From: Candidatus Wolfebacteria bacterium RIFOXYD12_FULL_48_21
GTDB lineage: Bacteria > Patescibacteriota > Minisyncoccia > UBA6257 > UBA9933
Direction of reading: 5' to 3'
DNA: 64,000 nucleotides
NCBI GenBank assembly: GCA_001793945.1
Contig: MGIW01000006.1
Location: 202,239 to 266,238, forward strand
A program made the position numbers and the translations under genes. This document shows positions 45,318 through 55,653 of the stretch, in pieces; position 1 is the stretch's first letter; every line of letters begins with the position of its first letter. The notes under the pieces were generated by a model. It was not told where the DNA came from. It saw only the letters and a program-made list of their open reading frames with translations, and ran no database searches.

Positions 45318-47201
45318 ATGGCAAAGATTCTTGGTATTGATTTAGGAACGACCAACTCCGCAATGGCGATCATCGATGGCGGTGAGCCGCGTGTGTTGGA
45401 AAATCATGAAGGAAACAGAACAACCCCTTCTATCGTGGCTGTTAGCAAGGCGGGCGAGCGCCTCGCAGGATTGCTTGCAAAGCGACAGGGTGTGGTCAAT
45501 CCGAAAAATACTATTTTTTCGGTGAAGCGTTTTATCGGTCGCAAATTCAGCGATCCGGAAGTACAGCATGATAACGCATGGCTTCCGTTCGACATGCGGG
45601 AGTCTTCTACAGGCGGCGTAGAAGTACAAATGGGGGACCGCTGGTACAAGCCGGAAGAGATATCCGCGATGATCCTTTCAAAATTGAAGGCTGATGCGGA
45701 AGCGAAGGTCGGGGAAACCATCAACGAGGTGGTCATTACGGTGCCCGCGTATTTTGACGATTCCCAGCGCCAGGCGACAAAAAATGCCGGCGAAATCGCA
45801 GGTTTTACCGTAAAGCGCATCATCAACGAGCCGACTGCGGCTGCGCTTGCATATGGATTGAACAAGCAAAAGAATGAAAAGATTGTAGTATACGATTTTG
45901 GCGGCGGAACATTTGATGTTTCGGTATTGGAGATCGAGGGCGGTGAAGACGGACTGGTCAAGGTGTTGGCGACCGGGGGCGATACGCACCTCGGCGGTGA
46001 CGATTTCGACAAGACCATCATCGAGTATCTGGTGAGCGAATATAAAAAGCAGGACGGGATCGATCTTTCAGGCGATTCGCTCGCGTTACAGCGGTTGAAA
46101 GAAGTTGCCGAGCGCGCAAAGCATGAATTGTCAACTGCGTTTGAAACGGAGATCAACATCCCGTATATCACTTCCGACGCATCGGGTCCGAAGCACTTTT
46201 TGATGAAGATGACCCGTGCGAAGCTTGAAGAGCTTGTTGGGCCGCATATCGACAAGTCTATCGAGATAGCCAAGCGCATCGTAAAGGATGCAGGGTTGCA
46301 GATTTCAGATATCAATGAAGTCGTGCTTGTCGGCGGACAGATCCGCATGCCGAAGATCCATGAAGCGGTAAAAAACCTATTCGGCAAGGAGCCACACAAA
46401 GGCATCAACCCCGACGAAGTGGTCGCGATCGGTGCGGCAGTGCAAGCCGGCATTTTTCAGGGAGACATAAAGGATGTATTGTTGCTTGATGTTACCCCGT
46501 TGTCTTTTGGCATCGAAACGATGGGTGGCGTATTCACGCCATTGATCGAAAAGAACACGACCATCCCAACCCAAAAGTCGCAGGTGTTTTCGACCGCGGC
46601 GGACAATCAGACTTCCGTTGAGATACATATTTTGCAGGGCGAGCGGCCGATGGCTACCGACAATAAAACATTGGGTCGGTTTATGCTCGACGGTATTCCG
46701 CCGGCACCGCGCGGTATTCCGCAAGTTGAAGTTTCGCTTGATATCGATGCAAACGGCATCTTGAATGTTTCTGCAAAAGACAAGGCGACCGGAAAGGCAC
46801 AGTCGGTACGCATTGAAGCGTCAACTCAGCTGTTCAAGGAAGAAATAGAAAAATTGAAACAGGAAGCGGCGGTACATGCCGAGGAAGACGCAAAAAAGCG
46901 AGCCTTGATAGAGGCGCGCAATCATGCCGAGCAGCTGTTGTATACCGCCGAGAAGTCGCTCAAAGATGTGGGCGATAAAATTTCCGATGATATTAAACAG
47001 GGTGTGCAAGCCGCCATCGATGCATTGAAGGCCGCAAAGGACGGCGAGGACAGCGAAGCCATCGTTGTGAAGACGGAAGCGCTTTCTACCGAGCTTCAAA
47101 AAATAGGCTCCGCGATGTATACTCAAAAGGATGCATCCGCCCCACAAGAACCGGGCGAAACACCTAACGAAGGCGATACCACTCATGGATCTGACCAATA
47201 A
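45318..47201 (+). CDS. dnaK: chaperone DnaK (Hsp70)
   Basis: [42 protein letters not shown]. Confidence 0.95.
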   Translation: MAKILGIDLGTTNSAMAIIDGGEPRVLENHEGNRTTPSIVAVSKAGERLAGLLAKRQGVVNPKNTIFSVKRFIGRKFSDPEVQHDNAWLPFDMRESSTGGVEVQMGDRWYKPEEISAMILSKLKADAEAKVGETINEVVITVPAYFDDSQRQATKNAGEIAGFTVKRIINEPTAAALAYGLNKQKNEKIVVYDFGGGTFDVSVLEIEGGEDGLVKVLATGGDTHLGGDDFDKTIIEYLVSEYKKQDGIDLSGDSLALQRLKEVAERAKHELSTAFETEINIPYITSDASGPKHFLMKMTRAKLEELVGPHIDKSIEIAKRIVKDAGLQISDINEVVLVGGQIRMPKIHEAVKNLFGKEPHKGINPDEVVAIGAAVQAGIFQGDIKDVLLLDVTPLSFGIETMGGVFTPLIEKNTTIPTQKSQVFSTAADNQTSVEIHILQGERPMATDNKTLGRFMLDGIPPAPRGIPQVEVSLDIDANGILNVSAKDKATGKAQSVRIEASTQLFKEEIEKLKQEAAVHAEEDAKKRALIEARNHAEQLLYTAEKSLKDVGDKISDDIKQGVQAAIDALKAAKDGEDSEAIVVKTEALSTELQKIGSAMYTQKDASAPQEPGETPNEGDTTHGSDQ

Positions 47202-47220
47202 TCAAAAGGGGAATGCCGAC

Positions 47221-48174
47221 ATGATCGGCATTCCCGGATTGGTAAAAATAGGACTGTTGGCCCTTGCGGGAATATTTTTTGCGCTGGGGTTTAGCTGGTT
47301 CCTGCGTTCCTTTTTGTTGGCCGGCGAATGGCGCAGCCTTATCGTGAGTACGGGCTTGGCGATCGGTTTTTTGGTCGTGTTCACGCTGCAAACTTTTTTC
47401 ATGCGTTCGAATATGCATTTTGCGATCGCATTTTTTCTGCAAAGCCTTGCGCTTACGGCATTCTTTTTCTCGTTTACCGCGCCGGTCATGACATTGTTCG
47501 TTACCGTATATTTGCTTCTGTTGACCGCGAGTTATGGCGGACGCAAGATACTTGATAATACGCTCAAGATCGATTTTTGGAACATCAGTAAGCTGGTCGC
47601 GCCTAAAGGCATTATCGCTGTTACGCTGTTGGTCAGCGTGTTCATTCCGTTGCATCTGCAGGAGCACCGCGATGAACTTCCACTTTCGCTGGCAACATTC
47701 GACAAGGTGCTTGCATCGAGTAATGTGTTTATTCGTCGCTTTTATCAGGATTTTGATTCCTCGCAGAGCGTCGAACAAATGGCTCGTGCGGCGACCGAAC
47801 GCCAGCTTGCAACCATTCCGCAGGCAAAGAACTTAAGTCCGCGCGAACGCGAACTGTTGATCGGCAATGCCATGCAGGATTTTTATGATCAGTTGTTCGG
47901 ATATACCGGCGTGAAGATTGATCCGAAAAGCCCCATATCCGTTGCGGCATACGGCGTATTGCAGGAAAAGTTTACCGGAATGGGAGACAATGCAAAATTG
48001 TGGATCTATATCATTTTCGGAAGCATCGTATTCGTTTCCATTGCAAGCATCATGATGCCTATTCGCATTCTTGTGGCACTGCTTGCATGGGTCATATACG
48101 GGATGTTGATCGCGCTTGGCTTCGCGCGTGTTTCCATAGTGAGCCGGTCAAAAGAAATCTTGTTATTGGACTAA
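47221..48174 (+). CDS. hypothetical integral membrane protein
   Basis: Multiple TM helices; ATG at 47221 chosen to avoid overlap with dnaK. Confidence 0.4.
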   Translation: MIGIPGLVKIGLLALAGIFFALGFSWFLRSFLLAGEWRSLIVSTGLAIGFLVVFTLQTFFMRSNMHFAIAFFLQSLALTAFFFSFTAPVMTLFVTVYLLLLTASYGGRKILDNTLKIDFWNISKLVAPKGIIAVTLLVSVFIPLHLQEHRDELPLSLATFDKVLASSNVFIRRFYQDFDSSQSVEQMARAATERQLATIPQAKNLSPRERELLIGNAMQDFYDQLFGYTGVKIDPKSPISVAAYGVLQEKFTGMGDNAKLWIYIIFGSIVFVSIASIMMPIRILVALLAWVIYGMLIALGFARVSIVSRSKEILLLD

Positions 48175-48196
48175 AAAAATGAAATGATAAAAACAC

Positions 48197-49300
48197 ATGA
48201 GCAACGATTATTATAAGATACTCGGCGTCGAGAAGAATGCTTCCGATGACGACATAAAAAAAGCCTATCGGAAACTTGCCCATCAGCATCATCCCGACAA
48301 AAAGGGAGGCGATGAAAAAAAATTCAAGGAGATCAACGAGGCATATCAAACGCTTTCTAATAAGGATAAGCGCGCCCAGTATGATCGCTTTGGTAATACT
48401 ACGCATGGCGGTGCGGGCGGCCCCGGCGGATTTGGCGGGTTTTCACAGGGCGGTTTCGGCTTTGATTTTCAAGGAGGCGATTTTGGCGACCTTGGCGATA
48501 TTTTTGAGGCCTTTTTTGAAGGCATGAACGGGCAGAAGCGTCGTACTTATGCGCATGGTTCGGACATGGAAATGACCCAGGAAATCACGCTGGAAGAAGC
48601 ATATGCGGGAGTTGAAAAAACCGTTTCCTACAAGGTTAATGTGCGGTGTGCTTCTTGCAATGGATTGGGGCATGATACGAAGGCGACATTTTTACAGTGC
48701 AAAAAGTGCGACGGACGCGGAGAGGTGCGCGAAACACGCAGTACATTCTTCGGCAATTTTGCGCAGGTCAAGGCATGCGTTGAGTGTCATGGCGTTGGAC
48801 AGGTGCCCGATAAGCGTTGCGCGACCTGTTCCGGGTCGGGCGTCGTTCGCGGCGATAAAAAGATTGCCGTCAAAATATTGCCTGGCATCGCCGATGGACA
48901 GATCATCAAGATGGTCGGCGCCGGTGAGGCGGGAGAGCGCGGCGCGCAGGAGGGCGATCTGTTCTTGCATGTGCGCGTTCGGCCGCATGCGACATTCGCC
49001 CGACAGGATGATCATTTGATCGTGGAAAGGGAAATAGCACTTATTGATCTGTTGGCCTATGTTGCCGATCGCGAGGCGCATCCTATTGCGATTACCACGA
49101 TCGCAGGCAAAAAACTAAGCTTGGATATTTCGTCCGACTTTGCCTTCAATAAGCCGCTCAAGGTGCCTGGCGAGGGTATGCCGCATTTTAACCGCACGGG
49201 AAAGGGCGACCTGTTCGTACATTTCAAAGTCGTGCAACCGCATAAAATGAACAAAGACGCAAAGCGTCTCTTGGAGGAGTTGCGCAAAGAAATGCGGTAA
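48197..49300 (+). CDS. dnaJ: chaperone DnaJ
   Basis: J domain [34 protein letters not shown] region, four CxxCxGxG zinc-finger repeats. Confidence 0.95.
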   Translation: MSNDYYKILGVEKNASDDDIKKAYRKLAHQHHPDKKGGDEKKFKEINEAYQTLSNKDKRAQYDRFGNTTHGGAGGPGGFGGFSQGGFGFDFQGGDFGDLGDIFEAFFEGMNGQKRRTYAHGSDMEMTQEITLEEAYAGVEKTVSYKVNVRCASCNGLGHDTKATFLQCKKCDGRGEVRETRSTFFGNFAQVKACVECHGVGQVPDKRCATCSGSGVVRGDKKIAVKILPGIADGQIIKMVGAGEAGERGAQEGDLFLHVRVRPHATFARQDDHLIVEREIALIDLLAYVADREAHPIAITTIAGKKLSLDISSDFAFNKPLKVPGEGMPHFNRTGKGDLFVHFKVVQPHKMNKDAKRLLEELRKEMR

Positions 49301-49314
49301 ACCGCTCGATCACG

Positions 49315-49794
49315 ATGCGCATCACCACTGTCCAGCACATGAACAAAGAAACCCTGCGATTTTCCATACTCGGTGCCGCGCTTTTTGTTGCGGGTCTGTT
49401 GCAGTTTTCCGGCATTGCGATCTTGGGGGTGGCGCCCAATTTTGTCTTGGTCGTCATCGTCATGGCATCCCTTTTGTTGCGCGATTTTTGGCATATACTT
49501 TTTTTGCTTTCCATCGCCGCGTTTTCCTTGAAGTTTTCGCCGTCCGCGGAACGGGACATTGTTGCGTTCTTTTTAATCGGGCTGGCGCTTGTTGTCGGTG
49601 AGCGGAAACTGCCGTGGCATACGCTGGTAAACGGGATCTTTTTGATACTGTGCGCGACGACGGCGTTGTACTTGTTCGTAGATCGCATGGCCATCGTTTC
49701 CCTTATGTTTGCGTTGGAATTGGGATATAATGTGATATTGACCTACGCGTTATATCACGGACTCACCTCATTCCGATTGTTCCGTCATCGCTGA
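49315..49794 (+). CDS. hypothetical membrane protein
   Basis: Four or five TM helices. Confidence 0.35.
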   Translation: MRITTVQHMNKETLRFSILGAALFVAGLLQFSGIAILGVAPNFVLVVIVMASLLLRDFWHILFLLSIAAFSLKFSPSAERDIVAFFLIGLALVVGERKLPWHTLVNGIFLILCATTALYLFVDRMAIVSLMFALELGYNVILTYALYHGLTSFRLFRHR

Positions 49795-49840
49795 CGGGTC
49801 TACTTGTTTGGCTGGCCTATTTTATTTTTATATACACATC

Positions 49841-50512
49841 ATGGAAACTCATTATAACGAACTGACTGATGCGTTGATGCAGGATGGTTATCTGAAGACA
49901 CAAGAGATCATTGACGCGTTTGATCGCATAGACCGAGCCGATTTTGTTCCCGATGATCAAAAGGAACATGCCCATCAGAATGTGCCGCTTTCGATCGGTT
50001 TTGACCAGACCATTTCACAGCCGCTTTCCGTGGCATTCATGCTTGAGTTGTTGCAGCCCAAGGCAGGGGAACGCGTGCTTGATGTCGGTTCGGGCAGCGG
50101 ATGGCAGACTGCCATTCTTGCGGACATCGTCAGTAAAAAAATGTCCGATGGAAAAGAGAGCGAAGAGGAGGCGTCTCGGGGTTCGGTGGTCGCCGTTGAG
50201 CGCATTCCCGAATTGCAGGCCATCGCCAATGCGAATCTTGAACGGTATGGATTTGTAGGACAGGGCGTCGTATCGGTCGTCGTAGGGGACGGAACAAAAG
50301 GATTTAAAAAAGGCGCGCCCTACGACAAGATCATTGCATCGGCGAGTTCCGAGGGTGAGGTGCCAGTGGCATGGAAGCGACAGCTGAAGATCGGCGGAAG
50401 AATCGTAGCACCGGTTGGTAGTAGCATTGTGGTCATCGATAAGGTTTCAAAAATGAAGTATGTCAAAAAAGAGCATTTTGGATTCAATTTTTCGCCGTTG
50501 ATCGTGCCATGA
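49841..50512 (+). CDS. pcm: protein-L-isoaspartate O-methyltransferase
   Basis: QTISQPLSVAFMLELL, VLDVGSGSGWQTAILA SAM motif, with an acidic insertion. Confidence 0.8.
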   Translation: METHYNELTDALMQDGYLKTQEIIDAFDRIDRADFVPDDQKEHAHQNVPLSIGFDQTISQPLSVAFMLELLQPKAGERVLDVGSGSGWQTAILADIVSKKMSDGKESEEEASRGSVVAVERIPELQAIANANLERYGFVGQGVVSVVVGDGTKGFKKGAPYDKIIASASSEGEVPVAWKRQLKIGGRIVAPVGSSIVVIDKVSKMKYVKKEHFGFNFSPLIVP

Positions 50513-50521
50513 TTTGAGCAT

Positions 50522-50548
50522 AAAAAGCGCCTTTTGGGCGTTTTTTTG
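50522..50548 (+). terminator. rho-independent terminator
   Basis: aaaaagcgccttttgggcgtttttttg. Confidence 0.75.
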
Positions 50549-50644
50549 TTGTTTTGGATGGAACGGGAACAGGCTTGACAACTTTTGTCAAATATGTTAA
50601 CTATATATCAGAACCTAATTCAAAACTTTATTGGAGGTAGTCCC

Positions 50645-51550
50645 ATGAGACGGACGGTAATCGCAGTAATAGTAGCGGCAGCAGTGGCCATTTTGGCTTC
50701 CGGTTGTGCAACCAATCACCCGAGGTCGATCGTAACGCATGTGCAGTATGTGCAGTTGCCTTCGGCCCCTCCTGTCGATCAGTATGCGGCTCCGCCGCAA
50801 CCTGCGCCGCAAATGGTGCAGGCGGGCAAGCCAGTTGAGGTGCGCAAGTACCTCAACATCGGAGCAAATCCGGTGGACGAGAAGCGGCCGACGCGCCCAA
50901 ACGAGCGCGTGCTGATTCTTGCGGATGACGCATATGTCGTTACGCGAGATCGGGCGGGGAAGATTTCCGAGGGGTGGATCAAGGCGGGCGAACAGGTGTT
51001 CGCCGTGCCGGCAAGCGATCCGCGGTATTGGGAAGCCATTGCGATCAAACGCTGTGGCAACCCGATCTTGAATCGCTTGCATGGCGTGGCGCCGATCTGG
51101 ATCTTTGATCCTTCGGCGCAACCGCAGCCCGTGGTGCAGCAATCTATTGCGCCGCAGGTCGTGGGCCAGCAGCAGCTCGCTGCCGTTCCTGTGCCAGCTC
51201 CCGTTTCTTCGGAACCGGTCCCGTGCGCCCAGCGTAAAAGCGGCTGGGGTTCGGTAATCGGCGGTGCGGTCGGTTTCGTGGGTGGCTTGATCACCCGGAA
51301 GCCTGCCCTTGCTGCTGCAACAGCAGCAGGGGGCGCACTGATCGGCGGGTGGTTCGACGGCGAATGCCTCGAACCGCAAGATGTTGCGGTCGCGGCGGGT
51401 TGGGGTATTGCAGGCTACGGCCTGACTAAGCCCCGTTCGCACGGCGGCGGCCCTGCCACCTCGTCTTCCTCCGGCTCCGGCTCTGGCTCCGGCCCGGCCT
51501 CGCTTCCGTCAAACGGCGGTGGTGGCCCCGGGGGCATCCCCGGGAATTGA
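50645..51550 (+). CDS. lipoprotein, Pro/Gln-rich with Gly/Ser-rich C-terminal tail
   Basis: Signal peptide plus lipobox (ILASGC); low-complexity tail SSSSGSGSGSGPASLPSNGGGGPGG; SD ggaggtag upstream. Confidence 0.55.
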   Translation: MRRTVIAVIVAAAVAILASGCATNHPRSIVTHVQYVQLPSAPPVDQYAAPPQPAPQMVQAGKPVEVRKYLNIGANPVDEKRPTRPNERVLILADDAYVVTRDRAGKISEGWIKAGEQVFAVPASDPRYWEAIAIKRCGNPILNRLHGVAPIWIFDPSAQPQPVVQQSIAPQVVGQQQLAAVPVPAPVSSEPVPCAQRKSGWGSVIGGAVGFVGGLITRKPALAAATAAGGALIGGWFDGECLEPQDVAVAAGWGIAGYGLTKPRSHGGGPATSSSSGSGSGSGPASLPSNGGGGPGGIPGN

Positions 51551-51773
51551 GCCTATCGGCTCGACCTCACAGAGGGGTGAAGCAATTCACCCCCCTCTTC
51601 TACAGCGCCTTGATTGCAAGACATTGTAGAAGGGGAAGCCCTTGTTAATCCACCCATTCAATTGCGTGTATTGACAAACATAACAATAATTTCTTTACTG
51701 TACAGATCGCATTGCCTGTGTTTCGATATACGGAGCAGCGCATATTCACATCAATCATTTATTATTCAAACAC

Positions 51774-53903
51774 ATGACGAACATCATAAAAAAAATCACG
51801 GTCGCCCTTTTGAGCCTCGTTGTCGTAGCGGGTGCTTTTGCGCCGGCTGCAAGCGTACTTGCGGCGACATTCAATAACGATGCGCAGGATTATTCGACGA
51901 TTCAGGTTTCCAACTATACGCGAAACCCGGGAAGCAATGCCAATTGGTCCAATTCCGTTTCCGCAAATGCGGGTGAAATAGTGAGCTTTTTGGCTTACTA
52001 CCACAATACCGCTTCTGATGTCGCGCAGGGAACCACCGTGCGCGTGCAGTTGCCGACGGGCTCGTTTACATCTACGACCGTAAGTGGCGAGGTTCGCTCG
52101 TCCAACGCGGCTTCGGCGACGGGCATTGTTTCCGTCAACCTTTCTTCTACGCAGACATTGACCTATGTACCTGGCTCTTTGAGCTGGTATCCCGATAAAA
52201 GCGCAACTCCGCGTGCATTGTTGAATGGCCAGAATGGAAGCGAAATCGTTTCGAACGGGCTCGTTGTCGGCGATATCGCCGGTGGATGGGCTACTCAAGG
52301 ATATGTAGTGTTCCGTGCGCAGGTGAATAACACCGGCGGCACCGGAACCATTATAACTCCGGGAACGAATGGAGCGGTACCGGCGGCGATAACCAATTCC
52401 GTCTATTCCGTTACGCAAAGTTCCGCAGTGCTGCAGGGAACGGTAAATCCGAACAATGCCAATGCAGTCGCATGGTTTGAATATGGAACGACCCAGTCGT
52501 TCGGTTCTACCGCAGGCAATCAGACCGTTGGCACGGGCAATTCCGCCACGAACATTTCGGGCTACCTGTCCAACCTTTCTCCGAACACGACCTATTACTA
52601 TCGCGCCGTCGCGCAAAATGTATATGGTACCACTTATGGCACCACGATGAGTTTTGCGACCCAAGCGGCCAATTACGGATATGGTTCGAACAACAATGCT
52701 CCGTCCGTATACACCAATACTGCAAGCTCCATAGCCGCCAATTCTATGACCCTTAATGGTTCCGTGAATCCGAACGGCAATGCGACCAATGCATGGTTTG
52801 AATACGGAACGACTCAGTCGTTGGGATATACCGCCGGTTATCAGACCATCGGATCGGGGAATTATGTATCGACATTGACATCGACCGTGTATACTCTTGC
52901 GCCGAACACGACCTATTATTATCGCGCCGTTGCGCAGAACGCATATGGCACGACCTATGGCACCATCATGAGCGTTACGACTGGAGGAACTTCTGTAAAT
53001 AGTTACGGTAATACTCCGTATGTCACGACCCATGCCGCACAATCCGTGTTTCGCAATTCCGCGTTGATCAATGGCAATGTGAACCCGAATGGATCCCTTA
53101 CAACCTCATGGTTTGATTGGGGAACCACGACAGGCTTCGGCAATCGCACCATCGTTATGCCGGTAGGGCAAGCTTCCTATGTAAGCAGCTATTCCGCGGT
53201 ATTGAGCGGATTGCAGGTGAACACGACCTATTACTACCGCGCAGTTGCGCAGAATGCATATGGCACGACCTATGGTAATACATTGAGCCTTACCACAGGG
53301 GGAGCGACCATTATTCCGACGGTCGTGATCGGTACCACTCCGGTGGCACCGCGCGTCATTGTGATACAACAGCCGTCGGAATCCGTTTCAGTTGTCACGC
53401 TGACTCCGTCGATAGATAAAAAGAATCCGAATGCAGGTGATACGGTCGAATATTCGATCCAGTATCGCAACGAATCCAAGAGCCCGATTACCGGCGCAAC
53501 GCTAAAGATCGAGCTGCCGAGTGAGGTAACATTCGAAAGCGCATCATTGCGCGCGAGCACATCGACCGATGGCATGGCCATATTCGATCTCGGCACCATA
53601 GCCGGAAACACACAGGGTGTGATTACTATCAAGGCGACTATCGACCGCAGTGTTGATGCGGATGATGCATTGATCTTTGGCGCGACCATGACCTACACCA
53701 ACGCACAGAAGCAATTCCAGTCGACGACCGCCTATCTGACCGTTGTGGTTGGTTCGGGTGTCGCAGGATTGGCATCGTTGCTGAGCGTTCTCGGTGATTT
53801 GTTCACTAATTGGTTCGTCGATCTCATCCTCGGATTGCTTATCGGTTTCGGTATCTATCATTTCTTCGTACGACAGAAGGAAGAAGAGGTCATCATCAAG
53901 TAA
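51774..53903 (+). CDS. cell-surface protein with three tandem ~107-aa repeats, flanking DUF11-like domains and a C-terminal TM anchor
   Basis: Signal peptide; 321-nt DNA repeats encoding WFEYGTTQS.G.TAG.QT.G.GN...L.PNTTYYYRAVAQN.YGTTYG starting at about 52474, 52795 and 53110; C-terminal hydrophobic helix then KEEE. Confidence 0.65.
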   Translation: MTNIIKKITVALLSLVVVAGAFAPAASVLAATFNNDAQDYSTIQVSNYTRNPGSNANWSNSVSANAGEIVSFLAYYHNTASDVAQGTTVRVQLPTGSFTSTTVSGEVRSSNAASATGIVSVNLSSTQTLTYVPGSLSWYPDKSATPRALLNGQNGSEIVSNGLVVGDIAGGWATQGYVVFRAQVNNTGGTGTIITPGTNGAVPAAITNSVYSVTQSSAVLQGTVNPNNANAVAWFEYGTTQSFGSTAGNQTVGTGNSATNISGYLSNLSPNTTYYYRAVAQNVYGTTYGTTMSFATQAANYGYGSNNNAPSVYTNTASSIAANSMTLNGSVNPNGNATNAWFEYGTTQSLGYTAGYQTIGSGNYVSTLTSTVYTLAPNTTYYYRAVAQNAYGTTYGTIMSVTTGGTSVNSYGNTPYVTTHAAQSVFRNSALINGNVNPNGSLTTSWFDWGTTTGFGNRTIVMPVGQASYVSSYSAVLSGLQVNTTYYYRAVAQNAYGTTYGNTLSLTTGGATIIPTVVIGTTPVAPRVIVIQQPSESVSVVTLTPSIDKKNPNAGDTVEYSIQYRNESKSPITGATLKIELPSEVTFESASLRASTSTDGMAIFDLGTIAGNTQGVITIKATIDRSVDADDALIFGATMTYTNAQKQFQSTTAYLTVVVGSGVAGLASLLSVLGDLFTNWFVDLILGLLIGFGIYHFFVRQKEEEVIIK

Positions 53904-54050
53904 TGCAGGACATATGGGTTACAAAAGCCTCGCGCATCGCGCGGGGCTTTTGTTTTTACCAGTATCACTGCGAACATTGCTTTTTGTTTTGTCGCGTGGT
54001 TGAATGGGTTTAGTAGTTTATCATGTCATTGACAAAAGGAGGGTGCGGAC

Positions 54051-54629
54051 ATGGACAAGAGAATTATTGGCGTATTGGTTGTTCTGGCGGTATGCATGGT
54101 TTCGAATGTGCAGGCGGAAACGAACGGGCAAAAGCGACCCGTGCACACCATTGCCATAGCGTTTGCCGATCGCATGCTGCGCGTATACGACCCCGTGGGA
54201 AATGAGCTGTTTTCCTGCAAGGTGTCTGTGCCTCGGGTCCCAATGCGACTTCCTATCAAAGGGAAAGTCGTTGCGATTGAACGAGATCCACGGTGGACGC
54301 CTCTTCCGGGAGTGCGGGAATATGTGTTAGATACCGAAGGGAGGATGCTTCCTGAGACGGTGCCGCCCGGGCCGGATAACCCGATGGGGTCGGTAAGGTT
54401 CGCACTTGCGTTTGATGCTCCTGATGCCGCGCGGGTAAGCAATCTGCATGGTACCAACCATCCGGAACTTATCGGGAAGCGGGCGACTAGCGGATGTATC
54501 CATCTTCGCAATGAGCGGATACTTGCGCTTGCTGATGTTATCGAACCGCTGTTCCGGGCAGGGTCCGAGATCAGGGTGGTGTATACGATAACCCTTAAGG
54601 GGGAGTGGGTTGCGGTGGCGAGTCAGTGA
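54051..54629 (+). CDS. L,D-transpeptidase (YkuD-like)
   Basis: NLHGTNHPELIGKRATSGCIHLRN matches the catalytic H-G-[ST]...S-x-G-C-[IV]-R motif; N-terminal signal peptide. Confidence 0.75.
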   Translation: MDKRIIGVLVVLAVCMVSNVQAETNGQKRPVHTIAIAFADRMLRVYDPVGNELFSCKVSVPRVPMRLPIKGKVVAIERDPRWTPLPGVREYVLDTEGRMLPETVPPGPDNPMGSVRFALAFDAPDAARVSNLHGTNHPELIGKRATSGCIHLRNERILALADVIEPLFRAGSEIRVVYTITLKGEWVAVASQ

Positions 54630-54711
54630 CGGTTTGTAGGCAGCGGGCGGGGGAAAATCCCCGCCCTATTTTTTTGAAAGTGGGCACCGTTTATTGTATA
54701 GTGTTCGTATC

Positions 54712-55413
54712 ATGCGATTACATCGATTTATTGGAAACTTTGATTGTTCCGGCGAACGCATCGAGATCACCGATGCGGATGTTGTGAACCAGATCTTGCG
54801 CGTATTGCGGCTTGGCGTTGGCGATCGCCTTATTTTGAGTGATGGTGTTGGAAATGAATGTATTGGCGAGATTGCGGACCGGCAAAAGGAGCGATTGACC
54901 ATACATGTTGTTGAACGATACAAGAATGCCAATGAGCCTGCCGTTACGAGCGTGCTGTATTGCGCCATTTTGAAGCGCGAGAACTTCGAGCTTGTTGTGC
55001 AAAAGGCCACGGAAATCGGCGTAAGCGAGATTGTTCCGCTTATTACGGAGCGTACGGTCAAGCTGGATATCAAGGAAGATCGTTTGCGAAAAATAATCGC
55101 GGAGGCCGCCGAGCAATCGGGACGCGGGCGCTTGCCGATATTGCATGCCCCGATGCAGTTTGCGGATGCGCTCAGCGATGCAAAGCGCAATGTCGTCAAC
55201 CTATTTTTTGCCCTGAGCGAAGCGACCATTGAAACCGTCGACCTGCATGGCAAGCAGAGTAGGGGAATCTTCATTGGACCGGAAGGCGGGTGGACCGAAG
55301 AAGAAACGGCGGCCGCCCGTGGTGCGGGGTGCGCCGTTGTATCGGTGGGTCCGTTGACATTGCGCGCGGAAACCGCCGCAATCGTTGCGGCATATATTGC
55401 GACCCGGGAGTAA
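54712..55413 (+). CDS. rsmE: 16S rRNA (uracil1498-N3)-methyltransferase RsmE
   Basis: PUA-like N-terminus, SPOUT knot region GPEGGWTEEE. Confidence 0.75.
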   Translation: MRLHRFIGNFDCSGERIEITDADVVNQILRVLRLGVGDRLILSDGVGNECIGEIADRQKERLTIHVVERYKNANEPAVTSVLYCAILKRENFELVVQKATEIGVSEIVPLITERTVKLDIKEDRLRKIIAEAAEQSGRGRLPILHAPMQFADALSDAKRNVVNLFFALSEATIETVDLHGKQSRGIFIGPEGGWTEEETAAARGAGCAVVSVGPLTLRAETAAIVAAYIATRE

Positions 55414-55494
55414 TGCATGCATTGTGAAAACTAAAACAGGAAGCGTAGAAAACTTTGCATTACGAAGCTCATTTTGCTGCTTTAAAATAGCGCT

Positions 55495-55580
55495 GTCATC
55501 CTGAATTTATTTCAGGATCTCTTGGTGATATCAAACAGATTCTGAATCCGCCGGCTGGCGGATCAGAATGACAAATCGAG
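55495..55580. mobile_element. MITE-like element
   Basis: gctgtcatcctgaatttatttcaggatctcttggtgatatcaaacagattctgaatccgccggctggcggatcagaatgacaaatcg. Confidence 0.7.
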
Positions 55581-55653
55581 TTTCGTAATTCAAAGTAGAA
55601 AAGCCCCGGCGGGGCTTGCGTTCCGTGGTATACTGTTGTATAGATAGTTTGCT

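Noticed and set aside
45404-46453. 349-aa minus-strand ORF antisense to dnaK
   Set aside because: It lies inside dnaK and its translation is Ser/Pro/Cys-rich and low-complexity.
51762-53042. 426-aa minus-strand ORF antisense to the surface-protein gene
   Set aside because: It is a mirror ORF inside a repeat-rich, Thr/Gly/Tyr-encoding gene. Its composition is Arg/Ile/Gly/Cys-rich and it has no start context. The plus-strand gene has a signal peptide, domain repeats and a TM anchor.
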